Positions 28,634-41,575 are shown, numbered from the stretch's first letter. The stretch: 64,000 nt of DNA from Octopus vulgaris (GCA_951406725.2 OX597831.1:10230001-10294000), one strand, 5' to 3'. Notes: generated by a model from the sequence alone, not told the origin. Numbers and translations: made by a program.

Positions 28634-31623
28634 CGGTTTATTTCTTTATATTAAATTTTTTATGTATTGATTAAGTCTTTCCTTGTTTGTTTTGCAAAAT
28701 AGTGGTTTTGTTTCGAATTAATATTATATAATATTTTACTATAAAATTGGATTTGATCCTAAATCTGATTTTTTCCCTGTAAAGTCATTCCCTAATATTT
28801 ATTATTATATATATATTTATATATGTAGTTATGTTTGTGTGTATGTATGTGTTGAATGATAGATTCTGTTTTCAACGGATTGAACATCGCTAATGTTTTC
28901 CTCGGTTAATATTTCAGCATATGTGTTACCAGTATCATCAATTTCGTCTGGTGACTTAAACCTGAATAACAACTGTTCAACATCTTCTCAACGATGTTGG
29001 AAGAAACATGGCGGTGCAGAATTAATCGATTCTCGTTAATTGTAATTTACAACCACCCAAAATAATCGTGTGAATTGTAAGTGATATTTGGGAGTTTTTA
29101 GTTTTACGGTCTATAGAATTTCAGTTCCATGTTCCACTCCAATACTATAGAAACGTTTACCATGACTAAAGCTCTAAATGTATTAATGACACAGAAATAA
29201 TTTCGCTAATTATATGAGGTTTTTCGACATCTTTTTCTGTCTTAGAACGTCCATTTCTTGATAGTTTTCATAAAGCTTCTGCACACAATGTTCCTTTCAC
29301 GTGTATATTTCTACAACGTAGATTGGCACAATTCTTTTATTAATTGCTCTCCCTCTATCTGAAGTTCTAAATAATGTTTTTAACTTAAGAATCTACCTCA
29401 TAGTATTGCCAATTCTTTATATTTTTCCATTTGAAAGGTATTTTAATATCCTCAACAAACAATTTAAAAGTAGCAGGGAAATTCACAAATTGTTAGGTAT
29501 GATGTTCTTTATGACTTTATGACGTTGGCGGAGAAGATATAATTATTGTTGTTGTTATCGAGGCCACTGCTACCGTTTAGCCCCCGATCAACCTTGATCC
29601 AGTTGACCTCTGATATCAGGCATTGAAATTGTGATCACCGGGCCATATTCCAATATCCAGGGACCCCAGCATTATTTAGTGGCGCATATATTCAAGCGTG
29701 TAGCAACACGACTCAGGCAGTTGTGACTTCTTTTTCTATTAGGTTGGTTGACGACGAAGAGAGGAGAATATGTATGAATCTGTTGGATGGCTCCCTCCTT
29801 TATTAGGAACCCTAATTATGTTTGACTTTTATTACCCATCTAATGCCCAATGAGCATAGAATAAAGCGAGGGGCAGATGAACAGCCATCTTCGACTATAT
29901 ACCTTCATATTCCTGTATGGGTGGAACTTAGTATCAGCGCGTTGATGGAGAATAGAAAAACTAATTGAGATTTTTCTTCTGTCTCTGTTAGAAACATATC
30001 ATAATCGATTCAGACTGAGGCTACGACTCCGAAGCACTTGCTCTCCTCTCTTTATCTCTTATTATCGCAAATCATGAAGCTCATTTCATTTTTCAATCCC
30101 TATTTTATCTATATTCCTATTTGCATAGATTTATAAATTAATAGTTTGTTTAATTCTTTGCCAGGTATATCTCAGTTAAAAGGGATACAGCTGTAGAAAT
30201 TTATTTCATGTCAGTTTTTGATGATAATATTTGCATAATTTAGCTTCATTCAGTTGCGAATCGACATATCTTAGACTATGTTGTATTTATTATTCCCTGT
30301 AATGGTTAGTTTTGTGTCATTTAATCTCTTTTCGGGGGTATTAGATAAATCTGGTACAGTTTCCATGACTAAAATGTCCAACTCTCTACTGACTGTTTCT
30401 TACAAACGTATTTCTTGAGAACTTACCTTAACAAAACTATTCTAATCATATATTTAAAGCAATCATTAATTTTTAACAAATCCCCGTTTTTATACTCTTT
30501 CCACCCCGTAACTCATTATAATCCCCATCCGATTGCTGATCCAAGATGAATATTACTTTTCCTGGTTAAATACATTGGATCTATGAAGATAAAACGCAAC
30601 GTTAACAGCAGCAGTTTTACACTATATTTTTTCCGTCGATAAAAGAAATCACCGACGCAAATGTTATGTAGTGTAACCTTACCATAACATTTGAAATCTC
30701 GTGCTCATTGTTATTTGCTTTAGACTCGTATTTACTCTTTGATCTTTTGAAACTTGAGCAAATATTTATATTATTATCGTTTCCGAAAAACAAATTAAAA
30801 AAAAAAAGATAAGAAAACTTATTTTCTACTCCATTCTGGTTCAAGCACTACCGCTATCAACTTTTACCTTCCATTCGGTACATTATTCTTTTCCTGTTCA
30901 GTAATGCTAATTTACTTACTTTCCCTTTGAGAATACTATAATTTGGCAGTCATTATTCAAAAAGATAAGTACTTCTGCAATAATTTAGCTAAACTTTCAT
31001 TATCTCTTATTGCCTTTAATTTAAAGATGGTTTCACTCATTACTGGATAATATTTGAAAGTGAACTATTGTCTGAAGAACCAGCGCTCTCACTTTTCTCC
31101 TCGTTTTTCTTCCTCAGTATTCTAGAGTAGAGTCTGCTACACAGACATGTTGCTCTTAAACAACATCTGCTCATGTTTTCCCACTCCCCCTTTCACCCAT
31201 CTCCTTATATCTGGTTCCAAATCTCAACTTCTGCTCTGTCTTATCTCTCCAGTTCTTCTTTTCTAAAAGAGGAACCAAGTGAAATTTTGTGCCCCTACAT
31301 ATTTTCCAACTCACGATTTGTATCGGTTGAAGAACCAGCGCCCACCTAAAATAAATAAATAAATAAATAAATAAATTTGTTTCCCACAAGACTAATTAAT
31401 GGAAATGTTATGAAAATCCCGCTTCTGTCTATCCTATTGGTCAAGTCGGCAGTGCCAGGAAGAAAAGTAGAGAAAACAAAATCTTTTAGGGGTTCCATTT
31501 GGATAAAACATACATTTTGTTCAACGTCTCATTGTTTTCACCTCGAAGTGGAACTTACATTACACACACACACAAACACTCAAACTCACACACACAAACA
31601 TTCACACACACACAAATACACAT

Positions 31624-31684
<61 letters not shown>

Positions 31685-31897
31685 CGCGCAACACAATGTT
31701 TATAGAAGAAATCATTAAAAGGCCATACCGAGGGATATCAAGTTAAGACCCTAAATACACTGCACCATTTTATAGTAGGCATGCAATTGCAACGATTAGT
31801 AATCGGTGGAACTGGAACAGGTTTTTGAAAGGTGGTATATAATCATAGATTTAAAGGTAATGTATCTGTATGGTGTGTTATGTGATATTGTTTCTGT

Positions 31898-32205
31898 TGC
31901 ACTTCGGCAAATCTCACATATTGCATCGTATGCAATATCTACGGTGCTCTTTACATTGGAGGAACATGGCAACGCCTTGGGGATAGATTTCGCGAACGCA
32001 TCAGAAGAATAATTCTATGTGTGCCAGGCCGACTTGTCGCCACTCCATTCAACACATTGAATCATTCTATTGCAGATTTATCAGTGGGTGGCATGGCTCT
32101 GCACCAAGCACCCCGCTTCCCCAGGGATCTAAAAGATCACCGTCTTATATTTGGTCTTGGTACTATGTCCCCGACATGTACGAATGAACGTTTTTCCTTT
32201 CATCG
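31898..32205 (+). pseudogene. Decayed Penelope-like GIY-YIG endonuclease C-terminus
   Basis: CTSANLTYCIVCNIYGALYIGGTWQRLGDRFRERIR...VATPFNTLNHSIADLSVGG...RLIFGLGTMSP..NERFSF. Followed by a pyrimidine-rich 3' UTR and a CTGACGA relic at ~32390. Confidence 0.75.
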
Positions 32206-32506
32206 TCTCACCTCCTCATAATACTCTTTTTCACACTTTTTAATACTCCTTCCACGCTCTCTCTGTAACAATCCCGTATTTACCTACCTCTACTCTCTCC
32301 ATCAACATTTTCCCCCCTCCTTGCAGCCACTTTTTCAAGCTGACAAGAAGTAAACTCTGACTATTTTCTCTTCTATCTTTCTCTACCCCCTGACGAAGCA
32401 TTGGATCCCAAAAGTTGGATGTACCACTTCTCAAGGCCAGTTCACTTTCACTTTTTCTATACATACATACATACATAAATACATACATACACAGAGACAC
32501 ACATAT

Positions 32507-33901
32507 ATAATGAGCCTGGGGACTGCGCAAGTTGAGGAAGATCGGTTTTAATTTGGAATGTTTTCCAGTTCCTGTCGTTTAATTGACAGCCGCCAGTTGG
32601 TCAATGATGGCAATTGTCCTTAGTTAACAATCCACTAAAAGGGAAGGGAACAATGATTGCGACAACAACGGACTCGTGAATGTTAATCACAGAATTATGG
32701 TGATGGCAAGATACAAGCCTTTGCACGAGATTAGACCTACTGTAATCATGCAGAATGGTATAGTTCTATAGTTTATTTGTTCGTTCACAAAGAGTGACAA
32801 ATGGTAAATTTGTTGAATACCCGAAACATGAAACTGATAATAATTCATTCCACTTTACATGCAGTTGTCTATACCTAACAATTCTTCGTATCTGTTGGGT
32901 TTATTTTAGGAATTGCTAGAAACGTTACAGTGTCGTTATTATGCCTTTCTCTATTAAGATTCCATGAAGTTTGCCTTTGTCTTTCATCCGTTCGGTGTCA
33001 ATATATATAATACGATTTAGAATATCTGTGAGAGAAACCGAAGCACTTAAAGCAAGCACCGGAGAAGAGTTTCAACTAGTTTTGGTCAAGTAGGAATGAG
33101 AGCAAATTTCAGAAGCTATCATTTGTTACAGTCAACAGCCATCTCAGACCGAATTTGTTACCGCAACGAGGATACTTTCCAGGGGTGTTATAATATAGAC
33201 ATTAGCAGACAATGTGACAACAAAGGTTTATCTATGAGTCATGTTCTATAATAGATGCGACCTAACCTCGTAAGATTGTAAGCAGTTAACTGCTAAAACA
33301 TTTGCAAGAGGGTGGGGGCCTCTTCTCTGAAGATGTTCTGCAGTTCAGCCCTCTGTAAACTTTCATAAAATCAACTAAAGTTCTCATGATCGTCTCTTCT
33401 TTCTCGCAGAATCGATTACATTGAACAGACCAAGAAAGGAACGTTCAAAACATGCCCAAAGAAAGAATGGCTTTTCATTCACTTCTTCTGTACGTATGTT
33501 GTTTTCTGTATCTTTAATTTATTTTCTTATTTATAATTAATGATTAGATCTGAATGTTTGTTTGACCAATTTATAAATTGAATATTTTTGTTTTTCGTTT
33601 ATCTTTTCCTCAAAATAACCGTTCCTCTTATTTTGATCAGTTCAAATGATTATATTCATACAACTCTTAGATACTTGGCTTTGCATACAACCTGTATCCT
33701 GCCGTCACCATAATTCTATGATTAACATTCACGAGTTCGTTATTGTCGCAATCATTGTTCCCTTCCCTTTTAGTGGATTGTTAACTAAGGACAATTGCCA
33801 TCATTGACCAACTGGCGGCTGTCAATTAAACGACAGGAACTGGAAAACATTCCAAATTAAAACCGATCCTCCTCAACTTGCGCAGTCCCCAGGCTCATTA
33901 T
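32507..33901. repeat. ~210-bp inverted repeats (32507-32717 / 33691-33901) enclosing ~970 bp of unique sequence
   Basis: ATAATGAGCCTGGGGACTGCGCAAGTTGAGG... versus ...CCTCAACTTGCGCAGTCCCCAGGCTCATTAT; near-identical in the outer ~150 bp. Confidence 0.92.
33410..33493 (+). other. Candidate internal exon
   Basis: Strong acceptor CTCTTCTTTCTCGCAG; donors GTACGT (33490) or GTATGT (33494); open frame SITLNRPRKERSKHAQRKNGFSFTSS; T-rich downstream. Confidence 0.3.
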
Positions 33902-35310
33902 TTTTATCATCATCACCATAACTGCTGCCACCATTATTCATACGGGCAGTAAAGACATCATCAGCTTCATAATAGTATTTTCCTTTTTTCAAGCATAATC
34001 ACAATAACGGCCATTGCAGTTATTATGAACATTGTTCCTCTTGCTGTGTTCTTGCTTTTTCCTTTCTTCCTTCTCTTCATCGTTATCATTATTATCATCA
34101 TCATTATTATGCATACACTACCTTTCTTCCTCTTTTTCTCCAGCATAATCATTTCCATGAACATCTTCGTTATGATCAACTTCTTTAATATCGCGCCCAT
34201 CAATGTCTTAGTTTTAATTTAACCATTTTTTTTTTTACATCTTTCTCATTTATCGATTTGGTCATTGATTTATTCTGGTCAGCATTAATCGTCATCCGAA
34301 TACGCCGGCAGCAATATGCCCAGCGATTCAAATATTAATCCTTTTGACATTGATTTCTAATGTTACATTGACCTCACGGATAATTCACAGCAGATACGGA
34401 TATTAAGACGAAGAAATGCGGATATTATTCGAGAAATAGAGGTACAATAATGATAGGCTGAGGGATTGTGTTGCGTTAGCAAATTGGCGTTTACATTCTA
34501 AACTGTTGGGATTTGAGAGGATTACATCTAGAGCAAAGATAACGGGAACATCTTATTGTTGGTGCCATCTGTTGATAAGAATTATTACTGGCAGATTTCA
34601 AGTTTTAACTGAGAAAATAAATTGGGCACCATGTAATGAAATTGTAAGAATGGGCGCCATATAATATAATTGTAAAAAATACTATTTCCGATGTTACAAT
34701 TACTGGTTAAGATAGATGGATGCTTCGAGTAATAATTGTGGTGGTCTGACGGACATAAATCTGACTCCAGAAATTGTTAAATAATATCATATTGAGAGTA
34801 GTGCGCAATGTGATGTTCTAAAGTAGCGCGTCAAATATTGTCCATGGTAATTTTGAAATAGCTTTTTAAGTCATGCACTCTCACGTTTACGAAGGTATTT
34901 TATAACAAACCTTTCTTTAGTGGATAAAATATAAGATATATGTTTATATGGTATAATTACATAATTCATATTTTCCTTCACCAACAGAATTCTTGCTTCT
35001 GTTTCCATAACGAATAATTGTTAAGGGCTTAGAGTAAGAATTTCGAGGATTAATTTTTGTATTGAAAGAAAGATGTGTGTGCATAACTGATACATTTAAA
35101 ACTGTTTGGGAATGGCAGTATATCAACAGTATAGTATTTCGGTGAAACAGTAAATAGATGGGATACATAAAAATATTTAATTCAATTAGAATCTTAGAAT
35201 CGTAGAGAATTTCCATGTCTTTAATAGATAATAGGGATTCTACATATATCTTCTTGGGAGACTAAAAGTACATATTTATCTTAAGGATTTCGATATGATG
35301 TCTTGGTTAT

Positions 35311-35560
35311 GTGGAGGTGCGTGGCTTAGTGGTTAGGGTGTCAGCATCATGATCGTAAGATTGTGGTTTCGATTCATGGACCGGTTGACGCGTTATATTC
35401 TTGAGCAAAACACTTCATTTCACGTTGCTCCAGTCCATTCAGCAGGCAAAATCGAGTAACGCTGCAATGAACTGGCGTCTCGTCCAGCTGGGGAACACGT
35501 ACGCCATAGAAACCCGGAAAACCGGGTCCATGAGCCTGGCTAGGCTTTAAAGGGGCGCAT
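35311..35560 (+). mobile_element. tRNA/CORE-type SINE
   Basis: A-box TGGCTTAGTGG, B-box GGTTTCGATTC, CORE-like TTCTTGAGCAAAACACTTCATTTCACGTTGCTCCAGTCCA. Confidence 0.85.
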
Positions 35561-35565
35561 TTGTT

Positions 35566-35612
<47 letters not shown>

Positions 35613-38055
35613 CATGTGTGTGTGCGTTTGTGTGTGAGCGCTTAAATAATTAACTTTTTGCCTATGTATGTGCATCCATATATATTGACACGCATATATA
35701 TATACATATGTGGAGAGAGAGAGAGAGAATGTGTGTGAGAGAGATAGGGGGAGATTGACAAATAGATAGATATGTTGTGCATAACACTATCTACCTTTTT
35801 ACTTATCTCGATTACCGTTCTGATGAATTCTTAATTACATTTATCATGTAAACATGATATATGCCAACGTTCTGAAATAAAAAAAAAAAACCAAAATTTT
35901 AATGTCGATATTTCACTAAAATCTTGTCTAAGTTTTGCAATCTATTCCTTAATGCGTTAGCTTTTTAATTTTTTTGTAACTCACATGTTTTATAATTTAT
36001 TAATAGTTTAGAACAATACCTAATAAGGCTTGCTACGTTGTTGTGAATATGATTTCCTCTTGTAGATTCAAGTGTTCAATGATTAAACAAATTTTCAATG
36101 AATATAAAAAAAATATTACTCTTTGTAGCTAATTGTAATTATGCATTAAATCTTATATTCTTACATCTGCGTGATAAAATATTTGCGTTCATTAATGATA
36201 ATAACAAAAAATATTAATATTTGAACCGACTGAAACACTACCTAATTGTCTTTCTGATTAGAATTTGGCTGATAGCATTCGCATTTGGTCTTCTGAATAT
36301 AGTTTTTGCTGTTTTAGTTTTAGGTTGAATGGCAGGAAACTGATATAGGGCCGTGACCACCTGGTTGTTTTATCACACATACTGCATCATGAATTCGACC
36401 ATCTATTCTTCTCTTTCCTGCATACAAACGGTAGAGTGTAGTTTGAACAAATTGAATAAATTGGCTAGTAACTTCTCGCATCACCCTTCTCTCTTCGATG
36501 TAAATTTTGCAGAAAATAAGCTGAAAGCTAACTATTACGGATAAGAAGTAAGGCAACCACTTTTACGAAAACCCTTTCATAATAGGTTAAACATTATTCT
36601 GGTGTAATATTTCTCTTCTATATATATGTTCCAAGTTTACAAAGAGAACATAACTTGAACCACAATTGCTGCTTTCCCTGGATTTTCTGTAGTATTTCCA
36701 TGCCAATCAACTTATCGGCCTATGAAAGTGTGATGGTTTTTCACATTTCATTGATTCGCATAGAGTTACCTAAGGATACATCGGATTTTCGTACACTATA
36801 TTGTGAACGAACCTACATAGTATTAAAACGAAATAATACTTAACATGATAAGTTCCGAATATGATAAAATAATTAGTTTACAGCCAATCTCCAAGAATTA
36901 TCAGAGAAGCTCTCCCTACTGCACACACACGCGCTGAAAAAGAACACGGACTGTGTTAAACGAAGGAACATAATGGATAATGCTCTCGTGAGTGTATATC
37001 ACAGCTTATATACATATGAAATCGTTAAGTACTGAGTCTCTTTGTCAATAAAATATGTGCAATCAGTAATGGCCCAGGGTGAAGGACATGGAACATATTT
37101 GGGTCACTTGTCCAAAAAGACTGACAATAGAAATCTCAGTAAATGACACCCTGTAGCCATTAAATTGGAAGGACATATGTTATAATATAAGCCCTACAAT
37201 CGTTCTGCTGGTTTCATAGCTGTGCGGTGTTTGAAATTTACTTTCGTATCTGTAAAATACCAAAATCTGATAGACTTGGCTGTATCAGGAACCAAAGAAT
37301 GCATACTATAATGCTAATGATTCTGCTGGACTAGTTACATTCACAACATGGTCTTTGAAGGATTTAGTCGATAAATAATCTATATCAGTTTGGTAATAAA
37401 TTACGCATACTCTCAAGAATTCTTATTCTTGCTTAGTTTGGTTCTGCTTTAAGAGTTGCTTGTTATTGGATTAAGATGTTTCCGTCAAAAGCTTTAAGAG
37501 AATTGATTTTCCCAACTTTGGCAAGATTTTCTTTTCAAGTTGAACGAAGTTCTCAAAAGAACTATTTGGAAACACTGTCTGCTACCTAAATATATCAAAC
37601 TTGTTTAACAAAATGAATTACACGTTTTCCAACCACATGCTTGTAAAACAAGTAGTAGTGCCGAGAATAAAAGAAGTGTTATACGGAAAGTGGAAATAAG
37701 TAACGAATGGTGTTTATTATGTTTCGTGGGATTATAGACACTTCAGACACACAGTAAATTGTGGTATTCTAAAGAGCTAAATTTGGTTTTATAGTAACAC
37801 TGTGAATGTTTTTGTTTTTGTAATAACCAAACGTAAACAAACGCCAACATCAGGGTATTGAAGTTCTTAACCAGAAAATGGCGCAAAGTGATTCAAATAA
37901 GAAGTGTTTGTTAATAAGACGGTGGTAATCATATAATAAATAAAGGATGAAATATATGATGAAATTACATAGACTAGCATCTTATATTTCTATGCAATAC
38001 ATGTAACATTAAAATTATAGAAGCAATAACAGCAAGAATACCACCACCACAACTA

Positions 38056-38110
<55 letters not shown>

Positions 38111-38168
38111 CACTACTACTACCACTACTACTACTACCACTACCAACACCAGAAACAACAACAACGGC

Positions 38169-38199
<31 letters not shown>

Positions 38200-38262
38200 T
38201 TAATAGTACGTTTAAATATTTGTTGTGCAAGATTTTTTATGTGAAGTCGTGTGTTGAAACAG

Positions 38263-38750
38263 ATATTGTTATATTTCGGAATGGTCATATTGCCAGTTTA
38301 GCCAATAAAAACACACGCACTATATATTTGGTGTTATTTTGCTTCAGTGATATTTATTTTTTACATTAATCTTAATCTTATTTCGGCCAAAGTTCTTTCG
38401 TCACACTCCTGTGACCGCATCAGTGGTCCTTTGTTTTCTTCTCACTTATTTGTGTCTCTCCTTACTAACCGTCAGCCATTTTGTATTTCTATTGTATGTC
38501 TTCATTTGCGCATGCTTATATCTCTATGTGCGTCTATGTTTATTTAGTGTGTGTGGGGGGGGGGGGATGCCTGTAATATTTGTATATTCTGTTTATATAC
38601 GTTCCTGTAATTTGTATTTTGTTTTTGTTGTTGTTGCTTTTGTTCTAATTTTGTTCATATGTTTACATCCACCCATTATTATCATTACATATGCTTGTAT
38701 GTATAACAACAATATTAGTAATAATAATAATAAATCTAATCGAAACAAAA

Positions 38751-38791
<41 letters not shown>

Positions 38792-38857
38792 TATACACAT
38801 ATACATATATACACACATATACACATATACATACATAGATATATATACATATATATA
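38263..38857 (-). repeat. PLE 3' UTR/pseudo-LTR (left arm)
   Basis: Reverse complement of 40775-41377 with few differences, including the internal microsatellites. Confidence 0.95.
38385..38429 (-). ncRNA. Variant minimal hammerhead in PLE pseudo-LTR
   Basis: GGACCA-CUGAUG-CG-GUCACA-GGAG-UGUGAC-GAAAG-AA-CUU-UGGCC; perfect 6-bp stem II, A9 replaced by CG. Confidence 0.55.
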
Positions 38858-38919
38858 GTTATTCATTTCTATTTCTTTAATTATCTGTGTATTTATTATG
38901 TTTGCAGGATCCACTATCG

Positions 38920-40774
38920 TCATATGTTGTGGTGTGTGCTATTGCTCCATTCTAGTTTTCTATTCAGGCTAGGTTTATTTTCTATTATATGTGTAGCTTC
39001 TGTAATTTGTCTAATTGTTGCATCTGTTCTATGTGTGGACAATATCTTAATCTCTATGTTATTGATTGATCCCCCGTGTTCCTGTTCGGCGTGTTGGTAC
39101 AGAATCGATGAGCTCTTACCTTCCTTGAGTTGTCTCCAATGTTCATTCACCCGCTCTCCAATGCTTCTTGCTGTTTCCCCTACGTATGTTACTGTCTTGT
39201 TACTGCATCGTCCCTCTATACATCTTATACTATAGACTACATTTCTGGCTTTACAGTTTGTTTGTGGGCTAAATCTACATACAGTGCAATAGTTATCCGT
39301 ACAGAGGGTTCTACTAAAAGGATAGGTTCTACCAATTATAGATCTGATAGGGTTGCCTGGCTTTTCAACAACCTTAATTCTTAGTTTAAGTTTATCTAGG
39401 GTCCTTCTAAAGCGGTACGCCAGTTCACCTCCAGGAGTGGTGTCAACGAACATGACACTCTGGTATTTATGGCTATCATACCAAGAGTTGGCCTTCCCTA
39501 TTTTCTTTTTTGTCCTTTCTATAGTGTTCCATGACTTGTTCCTATAGAGTGGGCAAATCCCATTCCTATCATTACATAATATATTATCAAATTTCTTCAT
39601 GGCTCCTTTGTATACTCTGATCCTTTCTTTATGGCTGTAACCAGAGAACTGCATGCGGTGAATGAAATACTGCATGTGTCTCTTTAATTCTGTAGGCTCG
39701 CACATGCGTGACATATTTCTCATTATTCTGACGAGGTCTGCCATCAAAATATTGAATTTGGCATTGCCCGCAATGGCTGAGTTCCGGTGGATCAGGTATT
39801 TTGAGGCCATAGGTTTTGCATAGTATGAATGAAGGATTTGGGTTTTATTTTTCACAATTTCTAGCCAGAGTTCAGTGTCTAGTACTGGTAGTCTATGGTT
39901 GGGGTGTTTAGTGGGGTAGTCTATTGTGACCTTAATACTCTGGTGGATGGAGTTAGCTATTTGCTGGATGCTCTCCATAGTATTAGTTTCTATTACTATA
40001 TCAACATTACTCTCTTGTGGGGGTGCCTTTACTACTATGTTGATATCATCAACATAGCGAGAGTACATGTTTACGAGTATGGATTTCTGCAGTAGGCATT
40101 CTTTAAGCCTTCTGTCCCACCATACCATGAAGAGGTTGGCCACATCACCAGCGATACTAACACCGATGGCTGCCCCTCGTCCTGGGCATATATTTTATTA
40201 TTAAATTTAAATGTGTGGCCTTTTAGGGTAACTCTTATTCTAGCTCCTAGTGCATGTGCGATCATTTTCTTTACCTGATGGACATTTGCGGGGCTCCGTA
40301 TGGCTCTGGTCCATCCGCGTCATCTTTCTATATGTGTCTTCCTAGCCATAGAAGTAATTGTAGGCGGTCTACCTCTTAAACATCTACTGGGGCAGAAACT
40401 ACTAAGATTATGTTTATCTAAGTATTCACTATTATATGTCAGTCTAAGTAGGAGGCCCAGTTCTTCTGTGTCGACATTACAGAACTCCACCTGGCTCTCG
40501 TTGATCATCTCCACGCACTTCTCCACTGCAAAATCTACGTCAATCGATGGGTATAGGGATACCACATCCATGCTACCTACTATACATCCTGTCAAGTCAC
40601 AAGTTTTGTTACAGTCACTGATCCTGCTTAGGAGATCTTCTGTGCTGTCACACACATTAGGTGACATCCTGATTATAGGGCGTATGATCATTGAGAGGAA
40701 GTAGGAGATTCTGTAATTGCTAGCGATATTCGCTCCACAGACTGGTCTTGTTGGTGGTCCTGCTATAGGGTCAG
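38920..40774 (-). pseudogene. PLE reverse transcriptase + GIY-YIG endonuclease, with one in-frame stop and one frameshift
   Basis: PTRPVCG; GSMDVVSLYPSID; TGA at 40322-40320; QDEG/AAIGVSIAGDVANLFM broken by a 1-nt deletion at ~40175; YVDD; Cys-rich linker CTDNYCTVC..C; VVYSIRC..YVGETARSIGERVNEH..EATHI..LN. Confidence 0.93.
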
Positions 40775-40850
40775 TATATATATATATGTGTATGTATATA
40801 TATGTGTATATATGTATATGTGTATATGTGTGTATATATGTATATGTGTA

Positions 40851-40891
<41 letters not shown>

Positions 40892-41377
40892 TTTTTCGAT
40901 TAGATTTATTATTATTATTACTAATATTGTTGTTATACATACATACAAGCATATGTAATGATAATAATGGGTGGATGTAAACACATGAACAAAATTAGAA
41001 CAAACGCAACAACAACAAAAACAAAATACAAATTACAGGAACGTATATAAACAGAAGATACAAATATTACAGGCATCCCCCACACACACACACTAAATAA
41101 ACATAGACGCACATAGAGATATAAGCATGCGCAAATGAAGACATACAATAGAAATACAAAATGGCTGACGGTTAGTAAGGAGAGACACAAATAAGTGAGA
41201 AGAAAACAAAGGACCACTGATGCGGTCACAGGAGTGTGACGAAAGAACTTTGGCCGAATTAAGATTAAGATTAATGCAAAAAATAAATATCACTGAAGCA
41301 AAATAACACCAAATATATAGTGCGTGTGTTTTTATTGGCTAAACTGGCAATATGACCATTCCGAAATATAACAATAT
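40775..41377 (+). repeat. PLE pseudo-LTR, inverted copy (right arm)
   Basis: Mirror of 38263-38857, joined directly to the truncated RT at 40774. Confidence 0.95.
41211..41255 (+). ncRNA. Variant minimal hammerhead (inverted copy)
   Basis: Identical to the motif at 38385-38429. Confidence 0.55.
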
Positions 41378-41451
41378 TAATAGTAATAATAATAATACTA
41401 ATAATAATAGTAATGATAACAATAATGATGATGATGATGATAATGATAATA

Positions 41452-41564
<113 letters not shown>

Positions 41565-41575
41565 CGTAATAGTGC

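Larger units (their letters stand above)
28411..28730. repeat. Near-perfect inverted repeat, ~145-bp arms with a 30-bp spacer, in AT microsatellite
   Basis: 28411-28554 is the reverse complement of 28585-28730 with few mismatches. Confidence 0.95.
38209..41372 (-). mobile_element. Penelope-like retroelement, 5'-truncated, with inverted pseudo-LTRs and 13-bp TSD
   Basis: RT + GIY-YIG coding region; 3' UTR duplicated in inverted orientation at the 5' end; AATATTAATAGTA repeated directly at 38196-38208 and 41373-41385. Confidence 0.93.

Noticed and set aside
36320-36556. 78-aa minus-strand ORF with protein-like composition
   Set aside because: No recognisable domain and no supporting minus-strand exons.
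38411-39235. 274-aa + strand ORF, and the mirrored ORFs at 40933-41293
   Set aside because: Antisense to the PLE 3' UTR and ORF, low complexity; duplicated only because of the inverted pLTR.
40320-40322. In-frame TGA in the PLE RT as a possible selenocysteine codon (reported for Naiad PLEs)
   Set aside because: Context ER*RGW fits a TGG->TGA mutation, the copy also has a frameshift, its endonuclease is C-terminal unlike Naiads, and I identified no SECIS.
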